Below, one piece after another: positions 50,901-64,000 of a stretch of 64,000 nt of DNA; the first letter of the stretch is position 1, and each line of letters starts with the position of its first letter. Location of the stretch: positions 27,025,972 through 27,089,971 of the forward strand of contig OZ316891.1 of NCBI GenBank assembly GCA_973895155.1, written 5' to 3'. The notes beneath the pieces are model-generated. The model ran no database searches. It was given only the letters and a program-made list of their open reading frames with translations, and was not told the DNA's origin. A program made the position numbers and the translations under genes. The DNA is from Marsupella aquatica. Lineage: Eukaryota; Plantae; Marchantiophyta.

Positions 50901-51501
50901 CAAACGGATGAGAGCATATGGGAATCACTTCCGAGTGAAGGATGGTGACAGTGCCTACAGGGTGACGAATGACTGCGGGCTCATCACTGTATTTGAGCAA
51001 CAGAGCCACAATCACGACAGGGCCTGGATGGAGATGGGATATGTGGGAGAATTAGTTGACATATGGGCTTTGGACTATGGGGCGGTGTCCAGTCCTGTGA
51101 TTCTTATGAAAGGTTCATGGGTGCGGCAGGATTGGCTTGGTAAGAGGGCTACCATGAAGAGAGACAACGACGGTTTCTTGCTGGCCAATTTCAGAGGAAA
51201 ATTGCCCGAATGGTCTGAGCCATTTGTGTTTCCTAGTCAGGTGGAGCAAGCTTTCTTCCTGGATGTGGAAGACTCCCCAGGTTGGCGTGTAGTGTGTCAT
51301 AAACAGGCCAGGCAACGTCAGATGGAAGGATCAAACCTTGAGTTTCATTTACACTCTCATAGTGCCTTTGATCGTCGGCGTTCAGACCAAGTGCCTGTAG
51401 TTCATGATAGCGGGGACTTCATTCCTGTGACAAGGGTAGATGCATTTGCTGAAGGAGGCGAATTCAGAGATGCAGATGCCAACAGTGTGCCTGTGCCATG
51501 A
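47910..51501 (+). CDS. CACTA transposase TnpD/Tnp2 (transposase-associated domain, Transposase_21, DUF4218, DUF4216), multi-exon, with one apparent nonsense codon
   Basis: MRCPCAIC..HIAVHG, IHACPDGHVLF..CPKCG, RLGLSLDGVNPF, YNLPPW, DYPAHG, IDVMHIEKNI, MKSHDYH, YPLERYM and EPFVFPSQVEQAFF motifs. Introns at about 49594-49717 and 50619-50735. TAG at 50611. Exon 1 boundary uncertain. Confidence 0.9.
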
Positions 51502-51657
51502 GTAATGTGAATTGTTTGCATGGACATTAGTGAGGGGAAGGATGTGTAATAAAGTAATTCTGAAGCAACACAGATGTATGGATGGATGCCTGGTGATTGT
51601 GGTTGCATTGTGTTATACGGGGTGACCATAGATGACATGTTTTTGTGGTCCAGTAGG

Positions 51658-54600
51658 ATGGAACAGAGTGACACAGAGATGTGTGAGTATGAAAGGAAAG
51701 CTATGGAACAACGAGCATACGTGAAAGCCAAAATCGCAGAACTGGATCTGGAAAAGGATGTGGCTGAATTGTAAGGGAACGATTCTCAACTACACCCCTC
51801 CGCTGAGTTTGTGTGACATGAATAGTTCAATGTGGCACTGAAATTGTGACTGTATTCTCATATTGGAATGTCGCAAAGCCACAGCATTTTCAAAGAAACA
51901 AAAGGAGTACGCAAGAAGGGTGACCAGCACTATCTCTGGGCCTGTGCGTCGGAGTGACAGGTTGAGCAAGAAGGTCGTACCTACAATGGCAGAATGTGGA
52001 GATGACATTGATGCTGCACAGGTGGGTGCAGACACTAGACAAGAAGATGCAGATGATGAGTATTTTCCAGAGGAAATAGATGAGGATGGGGGTTATGAAG
52101 ATGAATACATTGCAGAGCAGCCCCAAAAGAAACATGTAAGTAGTTTTCCCAACAAGGTTTTGAGTTAAAAACTCGTGTTTAGAGGTTTCATATGTTCAGT
52201 ACTACACATATGTACCTTGCTTAGTTCCTGACATTGTAGTTGGTGATGTGATGCAGCGTCCTGCCAGTTCTGTTTTGCCTTCGAAGCCTGTGCATGCACC
52301 ATACCAGCAGGGGGGGCTGACCTCTGATCAAGGTTGGCGAGGTGGTAGTAGTGGTAGATCCCAGGCTGGTGCCCAATACTATGGCAGGGGGCAAGCTCTA
52401 GGTTATGCCCGTGGTAGAGGCAGAGCAGGTCCAAACCCACAATCTCGTGGGTATGGACGTCCACCTCAACCATGGGGATGTGAGTATATATCTATATGCC
52501 AGTTCTTTGTGAAGGCATGGCACTCCTGAATTTCAGACTGCATATCAATTTTTGACATTGTTTGGGATGTATTGGATTCAGACAACATGAAATTCTGTCC
52601 ACCTGCCATTGCATGCAGATTCTGCCCAACCTGATTGGGCAAATGCTAGTAATGATCAGTTCCAATGTCCACAAGGACAGACATGGGTTGAACCAGGTTG
52701 GGAGGATGGTGGTGGGTCGTGGAATGAACAAGGTTGGGAAGGTGGTGAAGGTAATTGGCAGGGATATCAAAATTCAGTACCTACAAACGCTGGAAGAGGA
52801 GCAAGTAATGTCTGATCTTGTCAGCAATGGAAGAACTCATTATATGTGGAGTCCATTCACGTGGGGGGGACTCTGCACATGTATAATGATAGAAAATGTA
52901 TGTGTGCAGGTTGGACAGTCGAACCATCGACTCAAGTATTCACTAATGCCCCTATGCAGATGCAGCACGGAAGGGGGACAGGTATGTCGGTGAATGTTCA
53001 GTTGTTTTCCTACAGTTTGTACTTAGTTTTCAGTACATATGTTTGCACACACATACCTAGAAAGTGACATCATCCGGCCCCTGTACTAGGCTGGACAGGT
53101 GGTCCAGGGTCGCAACAATTTCAGAGTGTAGTCCCTGCACAGGCATCTACAGGCAGAGCTACAGGTATGTATGTTTGAAGAATTTTTCTTGAAGTGAAGC
53201 ATTGAATGTTGCCGTCATCCATTCTGCTATATGTAGTTCTCAAGCATGAATGGCATTGTATTTTCCCAGGTGGCTTCAGAACCCCAGGTAGGGTGAATGA
53301 AGGGGTGGCCAATACAACGCCCAGTACTACCGAGAGCAGTGCACGAGGGGAGGTGACAAAGAAAGGGAACGTAAAGTTGAATGAGAGACAATGGGTGGAT
53401 GCTGAGTGTCCTCGCAAGAACCGATGGCATGCTGATTTGAAAGCTGAAGTATTGCGTTGGTTAGATGTGAGTGTTATTAATTTTAAAAAACAGCATCCAA
53501 AAGATTGGAAGACTGTATGTGAAAATGTTGCTGCCAAATGGAATTATGTGGGCAGTGATGATGGCGTGGACATAGGTTGCCTAGAGAGTACAGCAGGTAA
53601 AATTATCAAGCAAGAGAGGTGGAGAATGCATAAGGCTTGGAAGGAAGGTGGGGAGAAGCCAGATATGCCTCCACCAGCCAGTTGTGATGATAAAGTGTGG
53701 GCAAGGTTAGTAGCTTATTTTGTAATAGATGCTTCAAAAAAGAAGAGTTCACAGATGACCGAGGCCAGGTTGAGTGTTCAGAACCCTAATCTGACAAGAA
53801 GGACCGGCACTGCACCGACAGCTAAACGTTTGGTAAGAATGAATGGCCTAGCTATGTAATTTATGCTACACTATGTACTATTTTTTAGTGTAAACCCATA
53901 CATGTAAACTTTGTTTTTTAGTGTACGTTCCCTGAATATTGATCGATAACTTGTGTTTGCCATGCATGTGCAGAAAGCCCAATTGGGGCAAAGCCCTTCA
54001 AAAGAAGAGTTGAGGGCTGAAATTGTGAACACCCGGGCTCAAGAGGGTGCATCTGAATCCTCCAAGCATGTAAGTTATATGAGTTCTGATTGGTAATTGA
54101 ATGACCTGCGTTGAATTTCAGGTGTACACTGTATATAACATTGATTGTGCATATATTGCCCAACATTTCATATGGAGTGATTGAACCTATACCCCTGTGT
54201 CATGTAGGGAGGTGGATCTTCACTTACAGAGATAAGTGGTCGTTTGAAGGCTGTCGAAACATGTCTTCCAGAGATCAATGAACGTTTGAATTCATTGACT
54301 GACTTGTTCCATGTGAACTTCAAGACATTAATGGAAGCTGTTGTGTCGGTGAGAGATAAAATTGATTCCAATTCTGCAGGAGTTCCACCATCACCACTTG
54401 AGGTGGCAAAGTCGATGCACTCTTCTGGCATGCCAACGACATGTAGGCTTGAAGGTAAGGCCTTTACAACTGTGTGGGATATGATTATTAAATGTATAGT
54501 TTGAATTGACATTGTTTGTTGAATGTGTTATTTTCAGTAACATATATTGTGGTTGTTGTGTCCATAGAGAATAAGATAGGTGCTACAGAGAAGAAGTATG

Positions 54601-55364
54601 AGAACCTGGCAAATACTCGCTGTAATTTAGAGGAAACAAAGTTGCAGTCTGTACAAGCAACTTGTTTGACAGAGGGCAGTCAACCATGTTTGGATGAGGA
54701 TGACATTGGCAAGGGAGTGGATGATATCAATGTTGGGGCAAATGAGGATATCAACAAGCATGACAATGATACCATTGAGCCAGATTCATGCTATGTAGAT
54801 CTTGACTCCATTGCAGAGATAAATGATTTGCAGAATGTATCATTCTCAATGACAGGTGTGCCTCTTGTTGAGATAAATCCAACCAAAGAGTTAGTTGGTA
54901 TGACACTCCCAGGTGATGAACCTGCTACTGAGACAGTCCTAATAGAGGAACCTACTGAGCCTAGCTTCACTACTGTGAAGAGAGGAAGCATGCGCACACG
55001 AAGCAAGTCTGCTGGTGGGAGCAGAGCCACATCAAAGGTTTCATACAAACCTCCAAGAACAGTGCTGGCAGAAAGATCTAAGGTGGAAGTGGGGAAAGCA
55101 CCTAATGCTGAGGGACAAAGTGGCTTGTTAGCTGTTGATGAGAGTGGAACACGAGTAGGATTTGCCAGAGTGCAGGTTGGTTCCACAACGTTCCATGGCA
55201 AGAGGATTCCCCCAGGTTATTCAGTAGTGTTAGTCACATTACTAGTGAAACCTAAAGCTGTCCTTCCCATTCCAAACACAAATGATGATCCTCCTCAAAA
55301 GACACTTGGAGATGCTGCAGGTTCTTTGGTATTATGGCCAAGCAAGTTCATAGAGGATCCATAA
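51658..55364 (+). CDS. TnpA-like / Ptta-En/Spm second gene of the CACTA element, multi-exon
   Basis: Coding blocks with GT-AG boundaries. 53206..53859 resembles Transposase_24 (W..LV.YF...KKKS.QM..AR). The C-terminal FHGKRIP..V.V..LPIP..TLGDAAGSLVLWP resembles the Tnp1/En/Spm C-terminal domain. Exon structure not fully resolved. Confidence 0.72.
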
Positions 55365-55864
55365 CAATGTCATGCCATTATTTGTTTGTAGTGTGAGTCA
55401 TGTTATGTAGATTTTAGATGTCAAGAAGCAGTACAAGAATCATGTCCTCTTGGAGATTCATAGTATCATGCATGTGCTTTCAGTTATCTCATCCTACAGT
55501 CATCAATTATGAGTTCCTGTTTTGTCTAAATTACATTGATCACATTGTAAACTATTCCATTGGAATTCAAATGATCTTCATTTTTTAGCAAGATTGTGAT
55601 TGTGTTTAATTCTTATGAATGTTTTATGTAGGATCTGCTTATATGATGCTTTGTTTCATGTGGATGTCATTCATGCTATGTTCATTTCTTGTATTCAATG
55701 TGTTATATTTCTAAAGTTAGAACATCAGGTTTCTATGTATTGTAATGTCGAGTGCTCTCTCTCCTTATGAACTATCCCTCTGTGTTCATTAGTCATGGTT
55801 ATAACTTGCATGTGAACCTTATTAGTTATAAACATGAGTATATAGAGTCCCAAATGGTTCTGTT

Positions 55865-56219
55865 GTGTGACGCGGGCCAGGGTCTCCATTGGTCTCTCCT
55901 GTGACACTAAATAGTCACACGCTAGTCGTTGTTGAATGCGGGTAAGTCATGTATGTGACTTACGATGTGACTCGCTGAAGTCATATTGCAGTCACGTCGA
56001 AACAAGGCTAGACTCCACAATAAAGTCACAGATCAGTCACAAATGGGTATCAAGCAAGTTGCAAAGCCCAGTATCAATAGTGACTTCCATTTTTTGGTCT
56101 CAACTTTTGCAACTCCAAGGGTCACAGCGTGGGTCAAGTCACGTTGAGTCACAATGAAGTCACATGAGCCAAAATGAGTCATATATTGCGGTCTCAGTTC
56201 ACCTCGGATTCTTCTAGTG
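55865..56219. repeat. 3' subterminal repeats and TIR of the CACTA element
   Basis: Dense GTCAC/GTGAC/AGTCA motifs in both orientations, mirrored at 37452..37700. Confidence 0.75.
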
Positions 56220-56643
56220 CACACATCTACTTTTTGAGAGGTTGCTTATTACTATTGGAGTTGAGCAATTCAAGAAGGAGAGTGAGACACTTCAAGCTTC
56301 ATCAGTCGGAGTTAGCAAAAGGGTTCACTCCACCACCCACAACATGCATCACCAAGACCACCCTAGTGGAGTAGACGTTGACAATATCAGATTTACCAAG
56401 GATGACTTCTCCCACTTTTGTTGCCTCCACTTCATACATTTCATCGACTAACTTCATCGGTGATGCTCAAAGACTAGCTAGTGTGGTTAGTTTCAACCAA
56501 TATTTGGTATACAAGGCTACTAGGCTTTTGAGTTGTACGGTCCCACCATAGTTACTTGCTTGTATTTTTAGTTTGATTTTTGACCCTCGCTCTACTCCAC
56601 TTCCCCGTGTTCCATCGTTTGTACCTTCACCCCAGCCAGATTT

Positions 56644-56986
56644 TGTTGAGCATAGACGACAATCACAACGGTAAGCACATGACACATCCAATGATCAAGT
56701 AGTCGACACAAGAGATACGTGGTTCACCTCCTTGAGGCTACGTCCACAGGAACACACAAGAGAGCTTTATTGAACTCTAAGCCCGTTGGCTAAACCAAGT
56801 CTCCATAGTGTAAGCTCTCCTCATCTCTCAAATGGCTCTGTAACAATGAGCCTAAGTTCCACTTATCCAAGCAAACATCGCTTGGCATATAGTGTGCATC
56901 CTAGTTAACCTAACCATATCTCCGACTACGGTTAGCCTAACTGCGGTTACATATCATAACCCTAGACCTTGAGTAAATACCTAACA
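56644..56986. mobile_element. Solo LTR (343 bp, probably Ty1/copia)
   Basis: TGTT...AACA termini flanked by the 5-bp TSD GATTT (56639-56643 and 56987-56991). Confidence 0.8.
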
Positions 56987-57294
56987 GATTTCCCTATGGA
57001 TCAATGTTGAGGAGCCAAAGGTACCCATTGCTAATCCATCTCTTCCTCCTGCATTTACACCCATGCAAACACCTTTCTTCCATTTCTAAGCCTTTACCAC
57101 CTTCACCTGTACCCACTCCAGTTCTATCCTCTTCCACATAGGATACCACTCTACCACATTTTGATATTCTATTTCCTTCTCCTACCACGGAATGAAATGA
57201 ACCCATTCCTAACCCTACACCCGAGACAGAGACTATAGAGCCACCCAGTATATTCTTTGTGTGAACTTCTATAACTTTCCTTACAACATTTTAT

Positions 57295-58590
57295 AAGGTT
57301 TTAATAATTTTGGCCCCACGAAAACCCCGTGGCGGAGGAAACACACAAAACCAACAATCCGAGAATTTCAGCCCCCAGAAAGACAATGAACAGCCAGCAA
57401 AAGCCCAGAGCCCGAAGGTAGAACAGAGGAAACAACAATACTGGCCACGACCCGCCTCTGCCAGGCCGCAGCCCCCTACACCAATTACCTATCCGCATTG
57501 TCACCACCCCACACTTCCTACCCCGATGTAATCCATACATCTCTACCTTTCAGCCATTCAATTCTTTCCCTGTTGATCATTTCCTTGGCCCTCATAAATC
57601 GTGTTTTCCTGTTACAAGCATGCAATGCCAGCAGTATTGCAGAGACGTGGTCAGCTGCCTCTGAAAGGATGAATCGGAAGTCCAACTTTTTGCTCCCTTC
57701 CGCCTGGAACATGTGCTCATTGCGCCCAAGACACAATGCCCAAAGCATCTGAAAGAGCATAATCATCATTACAATCTTGCTATGGTGCCTTCCTATCGCC
57801 AGATCTACCAGTCCCATCAGACCCCCGGGGTAGCCTACAAATATTCCACCAAATCCTTGTGAACACAGAGCCCAACATTTTTGTGCATGAGTACAGTCCA
57901 TAAATAGATGCGGGATGGTCTCCAGTATCCCCGGCTTGCACTCTCCATTACCTTTGCCTATCTTTACTGCCCTCACTCCAGTGAACAATCCTGATGCTAT
58001 TACTCTCCACATAAAGGTCCTTGCTCTCATTGACATTCCTGAACCCCATATTCCAGCCCAACTCTCATTCCATTCGGGCTCCGTTTTACTGATCCCCCAA
58101 GTCCTGTTCAAGTTTGGCTTGTCCTCAACCACGTGTCAAAGTAATTGATAAGCCCTCCTATTGGGGATCTTAAAACACTTCATTGGGGCAGGATTGTCAG
58201 CCCAACACCAGCATCGAGGGCCCGGTTCAAACCCCCACTCACATTGTGGAATTGAATACAATGCCTCCATGAATCTTCTACCAAGAATCTGATGTTCAGG
58301 TGTGAATCCCCTCAAATGCTCCCATCTCCCTTCCAGTCCTTGCCATTCCCTACTTGCACCTTGCCAAAGATCCTATATACACCTGATGCCCAGTCTCCCA
58401 CAGAGCACTGTAGTAGCCGCCATATCCTCATTGCTCCATGATTGAAACCCTTTCAGGCATCTGATCACATCCCCAACTGACCACCGACCCGGTATCTTAT
58501 CAGTTGGACAAAAGATCAAATTAGCTTCTATAACTTTGATCTCTTTGGCTCCTATTCTTTCTTCTACTATTGATATTGAACCCACCTGTG
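57295..58590 (-). mobile_element. 5'-truncated L1 LINE (3' end, zf-RVT region)
   Basis: ORF 57518..58132 has WAGIW..RTFMWRV..ETIPHLFMDC..CW. ORF 58373..58585 (IPGRWSVGDVI) resembles L1 ORF 919..1440. Confidence 0.85.
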
Positions 58591-59584
58591 CATTTCCCTC
58601 CTAGTTTGTTAGGATGATTACTTCACTCATTGACACACACGTCACTCTTGCGCCATCATTACTTCCACTTATGTGTGGTTGCCAGTCTTAGCTTTTCCCT
58701 TTGTGCATACCTATGACATGGTCCTAGTTGCTTTTGGTACTCTATGGCTTCCTTTCGACAAGCTGCACATGCCAGAGATTAAGAATCTTGACTTGTGGAG
58801 TTTGATTTATCATTGTAGAGAGGTCATTGCACCTTTCCCCTTTCCAGCCCCAGACATTCTATGGCCTTCAGATTATCATGTTTGGATTGGACCGGATGAA
58901 CATCCCATCTGGAAGTCCAATGAGCCACACTTGATTCAATTTCGTGAGGACCTATTTGGTCAACAATATTTGAAGGGCAAGAAGGTTAGGGGGAAGCTAG
59001 CAGTTGGTTGAGTAGCTTGCCTTCCTTTACTTATAGTTGACCCTCCTCCTATTGTGATATGAGGTTTTGTACCTCATTTTGTAGTTTTTTAATTAGTGTA
59101 ATTTAGCTTTGAATAATCGTACTACTCTTTCGTCAAGGTTGACTCTTATGTGTAACTTAATTTGTTAGACTTAGGAGATGAAAAGGTGTGTCTTTTCACT
59201 CTCCTTAGCAAGTGGGTCACTTTATGTATTTATTTATTCTAGTTACATAATTCTTATTTGAGATAGTGTGGATAGTTATGTGGATTTCCTCATCTTGGAG
59301 TTTGTCCTTTATACTTATAATGTATTTTTGCAACAAAAAAATTGTATACTTTGAAATGTGATTACTTGTGCTATGAGTCTATCCCTCCTTTGTGTGGCAA
59401 TGCATGTTGCAATTGCCATAAGAAATAAAATACATAAAAATATTATTTGTAGTTTGTATTGGAAGATTTGTTGATCTATGCTTAATTCAATTAAACTGCA
59501 ACATTTGTTGTAGATTTCTCTATTTTACATGAATGATCTATCTTGGGAGATAAATATTGCTTGTAAGTAAGAAAGAGAAATCTA

Positions 59585-62500
59585 TGTGTTAAGTGTTATA
59601 AGGGCTAAAACCCTAACCCTACTTACCCTAGAATGTAGGGGAACGGAGGTTACATAACTGCCGATATACCATGTACTACATAGGGAGAAGTTTACTCTCC
59701 CACAAGGTAATGAAGGAAGTGAGCTTGCTGGTGTATGTGTGTCCATGGTTGATGCATAATACGTCATCAGCACGACTCTACATTTGGAGCACAACCTTTG
59801 ATTTAATTTTTCTTAGCAAATCGATTCAGTGAATCTATGTGCACATTTTGAACTATTGATTGAATTAAGACCTTTTGTATATGATTCGATTTACAACGAC
59901 AATTTCAAGGATCAGGAGCACAAGCATCTTTGGTCAATGCGAGGGAGTTCTTTTTCTCAACAATTTCTTTCCATCTGAATTTCTTAGACATCAAGGCCAT
60001 AACTGATTTACAGAATCCAGGCAGAACATAATTCACAAATTCCTGGATATAACTCAATTTGAGATCAAATTACCATAACTCCTATTACAATGAATTCTAT
60101 TGAGAAGCTTCAATTTAAGGCTCTAACTACTGATGGTGCCAATTATTTATCCTGGTCACTTGATATCGAAGCATATCTTTCATCAAAAGACCTACAGGAA
60201 GCTCTTTACACAGATGCAGGCCTAACAGTACCGCAGAAGGTGAGAGTATTAATCTTCATACGACATCACCTTGCCGAACCACTCAAGATTCAATACCTGA
60301 ATCAATTCAACCCCATAATTCTCTGGGAAGATCTAAAATCAAGGTTTGATCACATGCGCCTGGTCTCCCTGCCGGCCGCATGTCATGATTGGATCAATTT
60401 GCGTGTGCAGGACCACACTTCTATATCCAATTATAATGGAGAACTTTTCCGGATCACCTCTCAACTATCCATATGTGGCCACCCAGTCAACGACGCCGAA
60501 CAGATTGAAAGAACTCTATCCACTTTCAGTGTAGGAAACCTCATCCTTGCATCTCAATACAGAAACATGGGATTTACGAAATATTCAGAGCTGATAGCTC
60601 ATATGCTTCTTGCTGAGAAGCATCAATTACTCCTCTTGGAAAATGCCAAATCTCGCCCACCTGGGACAGCCGCACCCCCACCTAAACCTGAAATTAATTT
60701 CAATAGACAGAATGACAGAATTAGAGGACGAGGTAGAGGAAATTTCAGGGGGAGGGGACAAAGAACATATAACCGAGGCACAAACCAAGAGAGGGGCAGA
60801 GGTTATGGCCAATTCCAGAGAGAAAACCAAGCATTCGGAAACTTTAATCAAGGACGAGGAGGACAACGAGGACGAGGAACTGCATATAGAGGCAGAGGCC
60901 ATGGAGGAGGCCGTGGAAGAGGATACAATAAGTGGGCAAGAGAACCCGAGAATCCTATTGAATGTTTTAGGTGTGGCACAAGAGGACACTTACAGAAAAA
61001 TTGCCGAACTCCTGCCCACCTAGTTAAACTCTACAAGCAACGCATGGAATTACCCAATAATGAAGCCCACGGTAACTACATGGAAATCATAGATAACATT
61101 GAGGGATATGCACCAGACCCAACAGCCCCCGAAGTCCATACTGCCAAATTAGGAGATAATCCCTCAATGCTGGACGATAATCACAATTGTATCGTTGATA
61201 GCGGTACATCTCATTCCATATTACGCCAAAAAGATTACTTCCTAAATATCACTCCATCCCACAGATCCATGACAACAATCACTGGTCCTAATCATATAGA
61301 GGAAGGTTTTGGTCCAGCACAAGTAAGATTACCCAAGGGCACAGTCCTCCACATAGAATCTGCAATTTATGCTCCACGGGCCACTCGAAACCTTATAAGT
61401 TTCAGTGACATACGCGCCAATAGACTTCATATTCACACAGATACTTGTGGAAACCGAGAAGTCTTACATATCCTGGAGAATACCAAATCAGGGAGATTAG
61501 TCCGAGAAATACTACCTTTATACCCCCCCGGACTATACATCACTCGGATCTATTCTTATTATGCTGCAAGTACTCCACTTACCTTAACACAGATATGGCA
61601 TAATCGCCTTGGACATCCTGGTACAACTATGTATCATAATATCCTAAAGGCTACCGTGGGCATACCTCAAGGTGTTCACCCTTCAGCCACCAGCAAACCA
61701 TGCATTGCATGTTCATAGGGAAAAATGATAACTCATCCAGCACCATCAAAGACAATACATAAGATCCCACAATTCTTGGAGAGGATCCAAGCAGATGTTT
61801 GTGGCCCAATAGACCCACCATCTGGCCCATTCAAATACTTCCTGGTTATCATTGATGCCTCCACCAAGTGGTCACAAGTCTCTCTGCTATCCACTCGAAA
61901 TCTAGTCTTCCTGAGGATATTATCACACATTTTGAAATTAAAACATCAGTTCCCAGAGAATCCAATTAAAGCAATCAGAGTTGATAACGCGGGGGAATTT
62001 ACCTCAAAAACCTTCGATACCTTCTGTGAAACAGCAGGCATCGATATTGAATACCCTTTTCCACATGTGCATTTTCAGAATGGTATTGCAGAATCTATAA
62101 TCAAAAGAATACAACTGGTGGCTAGACCCCTACTGATGCAGTCAAACTTACCAGCATTAGCTTGGGGTCATGCGGCTCTGCATGCAGCTGCCCTCATTCG
62201 ACTGAGACCATCATCATTTAATTCTCAGACCCCCCACTTCTTGGCATACGGGTTACCACCAGACATCACACACCTACGAATTTTTGGATGCCTGGTTCTT
62301 GTCCCTATTTTAGGTCCCAAGCAAACTACAATGGGACCCCAGAGGCAACGAGGCATCTATGTGGGATTTGACTCACACTCTATTATAAGATACTTGGAAC
62401 CCTCAACAACAGATGTTTTCAAAGCACGGTTCCAAGATTGCAATTTCTTTGAAGATGAATTTCCAACTCTGACAGAAGACCCAACAAGCAACGGAAAGGT

Positions 62501-64000
62501 AAAAGTAAAAGACTTACAATGGTTGTCTACCCGCCTGCTTGCAGACGACCACCGCACTAAAGAAGCAGATGAAGGAGTACAACGTGTTCTCCATTTACAA
62601 CAAATGCTTATGAAACTTCCAGATGCTTTTAACGATGCAGCCAAGGTAACTCGCTCACATGTAGAGGCAGCAAATGTACCAGCTCGAATTTCTCGACAGA
62701 CTACATCTGCAACTGAGACTGCACCCAGGGCAAAAAGAGGTCGCCCACTGGGATCCAAGGATTCTCACCCTAGACAGCCACGTACACCCATGCTATCTCC
62801 CAGAAATATACCTACTACAGTACCATCTTCACAAGGCACAGCCGATAATGATGAGATTACAATTAATTATGTACATACCGGGCAGATACTGCAGCGTGAT
62901 AAGACACAGGTTGATGATATCTTTGCATTCAAGATTTTTTAGGACATTAAAAACACTATTCCTGATCCCCTAACGATTGTTGAGGCCCGAACTCGCCCAG
63001 ACTGGCCACAATGGGAGTTAGCTATAAATTCAGAACTAGACTCACTAATAAAACGAAAAGTTTTTGGACCCATTATTACTGCACCTGCAGGACTTCATCT
63101 TACAGGTTACAGATTCATTTTCGTCAGAAAACGAAATGCAAAAGGAGAAGTGATCAGACATAAAGTGCGCTTGGTCGCGAAGGGCTATACCCAGATCCCC
63201 GGCCGAGACTTTGATCAAACATACTCTCCTGTAATGGATTCAATCACATATAGATATCTAATCGCATATGCTCTTATGAACAAAGTAACTAGTTATGCAT
63301 ATTTTAGATGTGATTACTGCCTATCTATATGGTATCCTTGATACCAAGATTTATATGAAGGCACCCCCGGAACTCATCAAGCGATTGATGTTTCACATTG
63401 AGGGGGAGAAAACCGGTAAAATAAACCCAGGTCTACAACCTGGAGTACATCAAACTTGTCCTACAGGCAATTTGAATTCAGTGACGACTGAAATCGGACC
63501 TTTAGTCCCGACTAAGCAAGATGTACTGCACACATCTGCTCAGAGGAAACGAATGTCTTCCTCACAGGTTACCCCTGTTATACCAACAAAGAAAGTTAAA
63601 AGAGAACTTGCAGTTCAGGTACTTCGTTCTCTATATGGTTTAAAACAGAGTGGGCGGACCTGGTATAAACGATTCAAAGCTGAAATGATTACATTGAATT
63701 TTATTACTGATGATATTGCTCCGTGCCTCTTTATCAAAAAGGAAGGAAATGAATTTGTCATTATCGCAATTTATGTGGACGACATCAATATTTTCGGCAC
63801 AGCAAAAATCACAGCAGAAACAATAGAAATCCTGAAGAAGACATTCGAGATGCGGGATATAGGTAAGCCCACCTATTGCTTGGGCTTACAATTTAATCAC
63901 CTGCATAATGGCATACTAGTTAATCAATCGACCTACACTGAGAAGGTATTAAAACAGTTTAACATGGTTGTTGCTTACCCTGTAAGCACTCCAATGCATT
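59585..64000 (+). mobile_element. Ty1/copia LTR retrotransposon, Bianca-like, running off the window end
   Basis: Short putative 5' LTR (~59585..59761) and PBS-like CGTCATCAGCACG, then gag-PR-INT-RT order. The LTR start is uncertain without the 3' LTR. Confidence 0.88.
60090..64000 (+). pseudogene. Copia gag-pol polyprotein with TAG stops (61716, 62940) and a frameshift (~63290)
   Basis: KLQFKALTTDGANYLSW gag start, CFRCGTRGHLQKNC knuckle, IVDSGTSH protease, WHNRLGHPG..CIAC, RVDNAGEF and NGIAE integrase, KVRLVAKGY, SLYGLKQSGR and IYVDDI RT. Confidence 0.93.

Larger units (their letters stand above)
37452..56219 (+). mobile_element. CACTA (En/Spm) DNA transposon, 18,768 bp, with cargo genes
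   Basis: TIRs CACTAGAAGAAACCGAG and CTCGGATTCTTCTAGTG with 3-bp TSD CAC on both sides. GTGAC/GTCAC/GTCAT-rich subterminal repeats. Internal TnpD- and TnpA-like genes. Confidence 0.95.

Overview
Transposon-dense nuclear DNA from a land plant, probably a non-seed plant such as a bryophyte (inferred from the TE families and the H1 gene). The only clearly intact host gene is a two-exon histone H1 gene (minus strand, 26421..25413). Left half: the 3' end of a Ty3/gypsy LTR, a decayed L1 LINE, a gypsy RT/RNaseH remnant, and a 12.8 kb Ty3/gypsy element (9353..22123, TSD ATTTT) whose 3.85 kb LTR itself encodes a long accessory ORF. Right half: a complete 18.8 kb CACTA transposon (37452..56219, TSD CAC). 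Besides TnpD- and TnpA-like genes it carries three uninterrupted, co-oriented cargo ORFs: a Cys/His-rich ORF, an EDM2-like triple-PHD chromatin reader and a tandem-BRCT protein. It also holds a captured RPL18a exon. The window ends in a Bianca-like Ty1/copia element. MITEs, solo LTRs and LINE fragments fill the gaps. Family assignments come from motif recognition by eye and from memory, with no database search.
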